Positions 6,744 to 13,243 of a stretch of DNA of 13,243 bases are shown one piece after another (the first letter of the stretch is position 1; each line of letters opens with the position of its first letter). Source of the stretch: Methanothrix sp. (GTDB lineage Archaea; Halobacteriota; Methanosarcinia; Methanotrichales; Methanotrichaceae); contig JBAXWY010000059.1 of assembly GCA_037128175.1 (NCBI GenBank), forward strand, positions 1-13,243. The letters run 5' to 3'. The notes under the pieces were generated by a model. The model was given only the letters and a program-made list of their open reading frames with translations. It was not told the origin of the DNA and did no database searches. The translations under genes were made by a program, and so were the position numbers.

Positions 6744-6858
6744 TGCCTTCTTTTGGAACCGCTCCAACAATTACCGGCTTATCCTTCAATTCTGGGTGCT
6801 CTCGAACTTCTACGGAAGGAAAGAAGGCATCCAGATCGACATGGAGAATTACCCGCAT
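6730..6858 (-). pseudogene. dinB: 5' fragment of DNA polymerase IV (DinB/Dpo4, Y-family)
   Basis: [41 protein letters not shown] is the Y-family motif I region. Homology stops at about GKGRAV, where VST.NY.AR would be expected, and is followed by unrelated GC-rich sequence and a stop at 6589. Confidence 0.9.
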
Positions 6859-6945
6859 ACTGCTTCTCTACCTAGATGAAATGCGTTCAGGGATATTGCA
6901 CTTGCGAATGAGGCCATTTTGTTCGGGGGAGGTAGATGGGAGTTC

Positions 6946-8244
6946 CTAGCCTTTGTCTGGTTCCTTCTCTTTGGATAGGAAAGCCGCTACCGTAGCGATA
7001 ATCATGCATATCAGCATGAGCAGCCATAAGCCCTGGTAAGACTCCAGGGACCTGGTGGTCAGCATCAGACCGGAGACCTGCTGCAGTATGGCCCCGCCAG
7101 CGAAGGGAAATATGTTGAGAGCTGCGGTGCTCGTCCCCACAATGCTTATGGGGAACAGCTCCTTGATCTGAGCATAGCTCACCACGAGGAACCCGCCGAA
7201 GAAGCCGAAGGCGAAGTTTATCGCCATATAGGTCTCAGTACTGGTGATATGCCCGGTGGTCACCCATATTATCGCCCAGATGATCGTATACAACACGGTC
7301 CCTATGATTAAGACTTTTTTACGGGACTTCAGGATCCTATCAGAGATGTACCCGGCAGTAGGGCAGCCCAAGATCATGCCCATTCCGATGAAGGTTAGCA
7401 CCAGCCCGTAGGTGGGCCTGTCCCATCCCAGGATGTCATGGAAAAACGGTCCCGCCCACAGTCCTTGATAGACCATGATGCTACCGTACATGAAGAAGAA
7501 CCATATGGCCAGGGGCCAGAACTTCATCCCCGACCCGAAGGTCATCTTGAGAGCCCTGCCCATGGGAATCTTCTCCGTCGTCTTGACCTCTGGGGCCAAC
7601 TCGCCCAACTCCATGGCCTCGATCTCCTGGATACTGGGAAGGTTCATGTCCGAGGGCCGGTCCCGAGTGATCATCCAGACTAACGCCGCCAGGACGAACG
7701 TGATCATGCCCAGTATGAGGAATACCTGCTGCCAACCCAGGGCGTCGGACATCAAGACCAAAGGGCCAGCGGCGCTCAGGGCTCCGATGTTGCCCACCGC
7801 TAGCAGGATACCGGAAAGAGAAGCGAACTCATTCTTACGGTACCAGGCGGCCAGGATCTTCATGGTGGGGATGTAAACCATGGCCACGCCTATGCCGATC
7901 AACAATCGTCCTGCGATGACCGTCTCGAAAGTAGATGCGATCCCGGTTAGAATCGCGCCGGCCGCGGCTACAAGCGTGAAGAGGCTGACCGTTTTGCGTG
8001 GTCCCCAGTTGTCGGTCAATAATCCAGACGGCAACTGCATGACTGTGTAGGCGTAGAAATACACAGAGCTCAAAAGTGCGATGGAGGCGGACGTGCTCAC
8101 TCCGAAGGTGATCTGCAAGTCGGTAGACACGACCGCCGAGGACACCCTGTGGAAGTATACAAAGAAGTAAGCGAAGGCCAGGATCCCGAACACCGCCCAT
8201 CGGTAGCTCAGGACTTTCTTCACTTTGCTTTTTTCCAATGTCAT
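6946..8244 (-). CDS. MFS transporter (sugar-phosphate/organic anion permease-like), substrate unknown
   Basis: YFFVYFHRVS, QLPSGLLTDNWGPRKT and GYISDRILKSRKK (motif A copies), GRLLIGIG, about 12 TMs. The ORF extends to 8307, but ATG 8244 (MTLEKSK) has a purine-rich AGGAAGG upstream. Confidence 0.9.
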   Translation of the reverse strand: MTLEKSKVKKVLSYRWAVFGILAFAYFFVYFHRVSSAVVSTDLQITFGVSTSASIALLSSVYFYAYTVMQLPSGLLTDNWGPRKTVSLFTLVAAAGAILTGIASTFETVIAGRLLIGIGVAMVYIPTMKILAAWYRKNEFASLSGILLAVGNIGALSAAGPLVLMSDALGWQQVFLILGMITFVLAALVWMITRDRPSDMNLPSIQEIEAMELGELAPEVKTTEKIPMGRALKMTFGSGMKFWPLAIWFFFMYGSIMVYQGLWAGPFFHDILGWDRPTYGLVLTFIGMGMILGCPTAGYISDRILKSRKKVLIIGTVLYTIIWAIIWVTTGHITSTETYMAINFAFGFFGGFLVVSYAQIKELFPISIVGTSTAALNIFPFAGGAILQQVSGLMLTTRSLESYQGLWLLMLICMIIATVAAFLSKEKEPDKG

Positions 8245-8331
8245 TCTTATAACCTTCCTACCATCGGACGAGACGTTGAGCTCTTTGGCAGCATATTGAT
8301 TTGCCATTATCAGGTTGAGGAGACGAACATG

Positions 8332-11300
8332 TTAATCGGGTCCAGGACGTCCTTGGAGTTCGATGCCGAGTTTTACGGGAATCTGCCGGTTGTCGTTAGT
8401 CGTTATCGCCAACCACCTGGCGATTATTTCTGCCAGTTCTCTTTTCTGGACGGGTTTGGCAATGAAATCACTCATCCCCGCCTGAATACACTTCTCCCGG
8501 TCCCCTTGCATGGTAGCGGCGGTCATGGCAATGATGGGAATGCGTGGATTGAGCGCCTTCGAACCTTCCTGGCGGATGCAGCGAGTGGCCTCGAAACCGT
8601 CCATCTCAGGCATCTGGCAGTCCATCAATACCAGGTCATAGGGAACCATCTGGAGTGCTTTGACGGCCTCTTGACCATCGGCCACCACATCAGCCCTTAG
8701 TCCCATCTTTCTCAGCATTGCCTGTGCCACTTTCTGGTTTACGGGATTGTCCTCCACCACCAGGATGCGTATCTTGCGCTTGCCGTTTTCAGAAATGACA
8801 GGCTTCGCGGCGGAGCGTTCGATAGCTCCCTCGCCCGCAATTTTGGCAAGCTTCTCCTCTGCCGATCCGGACCCGGCCGGAGGCTTCTCAAACACCGCTG
8901 TGAACCAGAAGGTTGACCCTTTGCCCTCCTCGCTTTCCAAGCCGATCTTGCCACCCATCAGCTCGGCGAGCTGCCGGGATATGGCCAGTCCAAGACCAGT
9001 ACCACCGTATTGGCGCGTAGTCGAGTTATCCACCTGAGTAAAGGGTGAAAAGAGACTATCCTTCCGGTTTGCCGGGATGCCGATGCCTGAATCGCTGACC
9101 GAGAAGTAAATTGTGACATTTCGTTCGTCTTCGCTCTCCAGGCGGACGCGGATCACTATCTCGCCCTTCTTTGTAAACTTCACTGAATTGGTTCCCAGGT
9201 TGACCAGAATCTGGCGCAGCCTTCCCGGATCTCCGCGCAGGAGAGACGGAACCTCTGGCTCCACCAAACAGACCAGCTCCAGTCCCTTCTCACGAGCACC
9301 GATCGTCAGGAGATCCGTTGTATCTTCCAGTGTAGAGCGCAGATCAAAGTCCAGAGTTTCCAGTTCCAGCTTTTGGGCTTCGATCTTGGAGAAATCCAGT
9401 ATGTCGTTTACGAGAGAGAGAAGCATCTCGCCGCTGCTATGGACAATTTGTGCATATTCATGTTGCTCTGCATTCAAATCCAAATCCAGGAGCAGTCCGG
9501 TCATGCCGATAACGCCGTTCAAAGGCGTACGAATCTCGTGGCTCATGTTGGCCAGAAATTCGCTCTTGGCATCATTGGCCTTTCGGGCCTGTTTGGCCAA
9601 TTCATTGGACAGTTCGATGGCAATTTCCAGATCCTGATTGGTTTGTTGCAACTCTTGCTCAGTCCGTTTGCGCTCGGTGATGTCCTCGGAGACGCCCAGC
9701 AGGTATTCGGGTTCTCCGTTTTCGTTCAGGATCGGAACCTTCTTGGTGTGCAGGATGCGCTCTCCCTTGTTTCGGGTCTGAATTGGTTCTTCCGGGATAT
9801 CCATAACCATCTTCCCCCGCAGAACCTCCCGATCCTTTCCCGTAAAGAAGTCTGCCTGCTCCTTTGGGAAGAAATCGTAATCGTTCTTCCCCAGAAAGTC
9901 GTCTTTGAAATGACCCAGCAGATCCTCTCCCGCCCGGTTGAACCGGACAAAACGGAGTTCGCTGGCATCCTTGAGGAAGATCATGTTCGGGATATTATCG
10001 ATAATCGAGTCCAGAGACGCATTCGTCCGGCGCAGTTCTTCCTCCATCCGCATGCGCTCGGTTTCCGAGTCAATTGCTTCGAGCGCAAAGGAGATGTCCT
10101 CCGCGATCTCCTGTAACAGTTCTTGTTCATTCGTGGTGAAGAAGCCCGGTTCTGTTGCATAGAGGTTCAGGGTTCCGACGAGTTTGCCCTTACGCCGGAA
10201 GGGAACGGCGGCTGATGACCTATATCCCCGTTTGAGCGCCTCATCCCTCCATGGAAGCATCCGTGGTTCGGCGGCTATGTCGTAGGAGGTCACGACCTCT
10301 CCCACCTTGAGCGCCAAACCGGTGGGGCCGTTTCCCGTGGGCATGTCTCCTGTCGTGACGAGTATCTGGTCCAGATACCCGTCATCCTGGCCCGCATGGG
10401 TTACAGGTCTTACCCTATCGTCGGTTTCATCAATCAATCCGACCCAGGCCATGCGAAACTGGCCAAATTCAATGGCCACCTGGCAAATTGTGCGAAATAG
10501 CTCGTCCTGCTCACGGGTCCGGATGATGGCCTGATTGATCTGGCTGCGCAGCACATACAAACGGATTACGTGACGGAGCTTGTCCTCTGTCCGCTTACGC
10601 TCGGTTATGTCGGTGGCGATCCCCTCGAAACCAACGACCGTTCCGGCTTCGTTGTTTAAAGGAACTGCATTTGTGTTGTGCCAGCGCCACGTCCCGTCGG
10701 CATGCTGCGCGCGGTACTCGATGCCTGTTTGTCGTTGTCCCGGCTCGTTCATTGCCCGCAAAAATACCAGGCACCTCGCAATATCATCCGGATGGACGAA
10801 TTGTTGGAATGGTTTCCCGGTTACTTCGGTTACCTGGTGCCCCAAGTGCGTGGTCCAACTAGGAGAAACAAAGGTGAATACCCCATCTGGTGTAAGCGTA
10901 TAGATAATGTCATGGCTGTTCTCGATCAATCGACGATATTTCTCCTCGCTCACCCGCAGCGCCGTCTTCGTCCGCTTGTATTCAGTGATGTCGGCGAAGA
11001 TGCAGGCAAACTGATTGGGCACAGGTCGGAAGGCTGTCACCTCAAAATGCTTCTTCAGTTCAGCTGAGTAGTTCTCGAAGAAAGCCGGTTCGCCGGTCAG
11101 CGCCACCTTGCCATAAGTCTCGATCCAGTGCCGCTCGGTGTCGGGCATGACCTCCAGAACGGTCCGGCCCACGATGTCTTCTCCCTTCAGGCCGGTCATG
11201 CGCTCGAAGGCTGGATTGACTCGAAGGAAGCGATAATCGGACGGGGTTCCATCTCTGTCGCAGATGATCTCGTGCAACGCGAAGCCGTCCAGCATCTCGT

Positions 11301-11775
11301 GGAACAGCGTCCGGTAGTCCTGCTCAGCACGCTTGCGTTCCGTGATATCGCTTGTCGTGCCAAAGACGGTGACTCGTCCGTCCGGGTAGTAATAAGCCGA
11401 ACCCTTGGAACGAACCCAAAGCGTGGTGCAGTCGGCCTTTCGTATGCGGTATTCTGCGGTTTTTTCCTTTTCAAGAGTTCGTATCCCTTCGGAGAGTATC
11501 TTCTGCACGACTGACAATTCATCGGGATGAATATAGGAAAAGTATTTTTCGAAGCTATCTCCGATGGTGCCCGCAGGCAGCCCCAGCATCCTGTCTGCAA
11601 CCGGCGAGATGTAGGAGCCTACATGCTCTCCTTTGGTGTTGATATCATAACGCCAGACGATATCGGATATCATTGAGACTGCCTGCTCGTACTGGGCGTT
11701 GCGAGCTTGCGCGGCTTGCAAGGCTTTGCGCAACTCTTCCTCAGTCTGCGTGACGTCGATGATATTGTTGCCCAT
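8332..11775 (-). CDS. Cytoplasmic hybrid histidine kinase, PAS-PAS-PAS-GAF-PAS-HisKA-HATPase-REC
   Basis: Repeated PAC ends (DITERKR), GAF (FRMAWVG...GYRSSAAVP), H-box [17 protein letters not shown]1/F/G2 boxes ([33 protein letters not shown]) and receiver ([21 protein letters not shown]). The ORF extends to 11943. The start is more likely ATG 11775 or 11784. Confidence 0.95.
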   Translation of the reverse strand: MGNNIIDVTQTEEELRKALQAAQARNAQYEQAVSMISDIVWRYDINTKGEHVGSYISPVADRMLGLPAGTIGDSFEKYFSYIHPDELSVVQKILSEGIRTLEKEKTAEYRIRKADCTTLWVRSKGSAYYYPDGRVTVFGTTSDITERKRAEQDYRTLFHEMLDGFALHEIICDRDGTPSDYRFLRVNPAFERMTGLKGEDIVGRTVLEVMPDTERHWIETYGKVALTGEPAFFENYSAELKKHFEVTAFRPVPNQFACIFADITEYKRTKTALRVSEEKYRRLIENSHDIIYTLTPDGVFTFVSPSWTTHLGHQVTEVTGKPFQQFVHPDDIARCLVFLRAMNEPGQRQTGIEYRAQHADGTWRWHNTNAVPLNNEAGTVVGFEGIATDITERKRTEDKLRHVIRLYVLRSQINQAIIRTREQDELFRTICQVAIEFGQFRMAWVGLIDETDDRVRPVTHAGQDDGYLDQILVTTGDMPTGNGPTGLALKVGEVVTSYDIAAEPRMLPWRDEALKRGYRSSAAVPFRRKGKLVGTLNLYATEPGFFTTNEQELLQEIAEDISFALEAIDSETERMRMEEELRRTNASLDSIIDNIPNMIFLKDASELRFVRFNRAGEDLLGHFKDDFLGKNDYDFFPKEQADFFTGKDREVLRGKMVMDIPEEPIQTRNKGERILHTKKVPILNENGEPEYLLGVSEDITERKRTEQELQQTNQDLEIAIELSNELAKQARKANDAKSEFLANMSHEIRTPLNGVIGMTGLLLDLDLNAEQHEYAQIVHSSGEMLLSLVNDILDFSKIEAQKLELETLDFDLRSTLEDTTDLLTIGAREKGLELVCLVEPEVPSLLRGDPGRLRQILVNLGTNSVKFTKKGEIVIRVRLESEDERNVTIYFSVSDSGIGIPANRKDSLFSPFTQVDNSTTRQYGGTGLGLAISRQLAELMGGKIGLESEEGKGSTFWFTAVFEKPPAGSGSAEEKLAKIAGEGAIERSAAKPVISENGKRKIRILVVEDNPVNQKVAQAMLRKMGLRADVVADGQEAVKALQMVPYDLVLMDCQMPEMDGFEATRCIRQEGSKALNPRIPIIAMTAATMQGDREKCIQAGMSDFIAKPVQKRELAEIIARWLAITTNDNRQIPVKLGIELQGRPGPD

Positions 11776-11990
11776 GATAATCATTAGAGAATAGTTCTGA
11801 TAGATACATCTGCTGGATGATTTGCCAAAAGCTTTCGCCTTCCTTTCCCTGGCCTTCCGATTGGCCTGGCACTTGAAGAAAAGTCCTGTGATAGGCGCCG
11901 TATGTGTTTGAGTGCAGCGATCAATAGGCAATGAGTAACCCATAGATTTATGGCGAATTAATGTGATAATTACGCTGAGGAGAGCTCCCC

Positions 11991-12224
11991 ATGCAGGCCA
12001 AGTATGCCCCGATCCTGAAGAACTACGTGGCCTTCAAGGAGACTGCGAACGAGCGGATATTCCTGATGAAGGACCTGGCGGCGGTCGAGGAGGCGGTGGG
12101 CCTGGGCGCGAAGATCTACGAAGGGGAAAACCCCTTTTGAGGCTATGCCGAGCTCAGCTCCTTCAGCTTCCGGATGGCCTCGGAGAACCTGGCAGATTCC
12201 CTAATTTTCTCAGCTTCACAATAA
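11991..12224 (+). pseudogene. Small ORF or gene fragment of unknown family with in-frame TGA at 12138-12140
   Basis: GAGGAG upstream of ATG 11991 and a strong GC3 codon pattern. Translation: MQAKYAPILKNYVAFKETANERIFLMKDLAAVEEAVGLGAKIYEGENPF*GYAELSSFSFRMASENLADSLIFSASQ*. The first part is below the ORF-track length cutoff. Confidence 0.45.
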
Positions 12225-12292
12225 TTTATGATCTCATGCTCAGTAAGCCAGCTCCTTTCATCTCAGGGTTTGCATGGCGATGCTGACTTCCG

Positions 12293-12499
12293 GCTGTCTC
12301 AGATCTGAAGTCGGACTTGAACTTAAACGCCGTCGCCCTGGGCCTGGGCCTGGAGAATATTGAGTACGAGCCGGAGCAGTTTCCTGGGCTGGTCTACAAG
12401 ATCAAGCGGCCAAAAGTGGTAGTGCTCATCTTCAGATCCGGCAAACTGGTGATCACGGGCGGCAAATCGCCTGAGGAGTGCGAAGAAGGCGCACGAAAA
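12293..12499 (+). pseudogene. tbp: TATA-binding protein fragment (one repeat, C-terminal type)
   Basis: [67 protein letters not shown]. An in-frame TGA at 12284-12286 lies just upstream, there is no first repeat, and similarity is lost after about 12499. Confidence 0.9.
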
Positions 12500-12900
12500 A
12501 TGTTTATTATAAATATACAATCCATTTATGCCCCGGATTGCTATCTTCAGTCTTGACAGGTTCTCCCATCGCCTTCATAAACACGGCTGCTCTATATCTG
12601 ATCGGCCCGCAGTTCCATTTCTGCCCATCCAATACCAGCATAGGAACTCTTCGGGCCATAATTTGGCAGGCAATCTTCCTACGACCTTATTCCATGAACC
12701 CTGTATTTATGGTCTCTATAATAGTTCACAAGAGACGGAATATGGAAAATAGTGACTAATTTTAGCTATAGTAGCTGTTTTAAGTCAAAGAGCAAGAAAT
12801 AGTTAGCTTGAATGGATATTTTCTTCAAAAGATAGAATATAAGCATAATTATCCCATTTAGAACCATCCTGAACCTTTAAATAGTTTTTAGAACTTCTAT

Positions 12901-12968
12901 TGCATGATCCATGCACCGGATAATTGTTCCATCAAACCATCGTTCTGCTATATCCTTTTATATCGTTC
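12901..12968 (+). promoter_or_regulatory. Putative promoter/operator of the downstream secreted-protein gene
   Basis: Palindrome TGCATG-ATC-CATGCA (12901-12915), TATA-like TTTTATAT (12956-12963), and ATYGTTC at 12923, 12939 and 12962. Confidence 0.35.
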
Positions 12969-13035
12969 CGAGAAGAATGATATTGGACAATTCACAAATC
13001 AGGTGAGTTGATCCTTTCTGGAGGTGTAGTAACAA

Positions 13036-13243
13036 ATGAATCACATTAGACTTCTTGTGGCATTAGTAGCAGCATGTATTCTTGTCATGCCAGCACTTTC
13101 GATGCCCAATAACGAAATGGGACAAGAACAAAAGCAGTGCAACTGCCCAAATTCTCCGAAAGACTGTACACAAATGTGTCAGGGTCATGATAGCAAAGAA
13201 AATCCCTGCGGTTGCCAGAAATCCATGATGGGAGAAGATGGCA
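13036..13243 (+). CDS. Secreted Cys/Met-rich hypothetical protein (partial, runs off the window)
   Basis: GGAGGTG RBS at 13020-13026, ATG 13036, signal peptide MNHIRLLVALVAACILVMPALS, then MPNNEMGQEQKQCNCPNSPKDCTQMCQGHDSKENPCGCQKSMMGEDG. The frame is open to the window end and absent from the ORF track. Confidence 0.8.
   Translation, partial: MNHIRLLVALVAACILVMPALSMPNNEMGQEQKQCNCPNSPKDCTQMCQGHDSKENPCGCQKSMMGEDG

Noticed and set aside
8149-11600. Numerous antisense and alternate-frame ORFs over the kinase, and likewise over the receptor and MFS genes
   Set aside because: Shadow ORFs produced by GC-rich codon bias, with no protein motifs.
11785-11943. Kinase N-terminal extension, or a riboswitch in its leader
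   Set aside because: No recognisable domain in the translation and no riboswitch consensus. Only short GGCC pairings are present.
12478-12759. Short ORFs downstream of the TBP fragment (both strands)
   Set aside because: No RBS, motif or convincing codon bias.
1-13243. CRISPR array, tRNA or rRNA genes
   Set aside because: No regularly spaced repeats, cloverleaf or rRNA-like sequence seen.

Overview
Archaeal window, most consistent with a Methanothrix/Methanotrichaceae-like methanogen (inferred from the TBP fragment, archaeal Thg1-like protein, PRC-barrel protein and signal-peptide style). Intact genes: a Cache-HAMP-SpoIIE membrane sensor, a membrane hypothetical protein, a Thg1-like protein, a PRC-barrel (CdpB1-like) protein, an iron-sulfur flavoprotein coupled to a Bcr/CflA MFS efflux pump, a second MFS transporter, a multi-PAS/GAF hybrid histidine kinase, and the start of a Cys-rich secreted protein. 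Two intergenic regions hold gene debris. 5881-6945 has a truncated dinB, a truncated TPR gene, a ~235-nt hairpin-rich IS200/IS605-type non-autonomous element and a pair of related GC-rich structured inverted repeats. 11950-12560 has a small ORF followed by an in-frame TGA and a single-repeat TBP fragment. Best leads: the SpoIIE domain appears to lack three of four metal-binding Asp (probable pseudophosphatase), the paired structured repeats, and the IS miniature with a PIP-box-like remnant. No database searches were run, so all family calls are from motif recognition.
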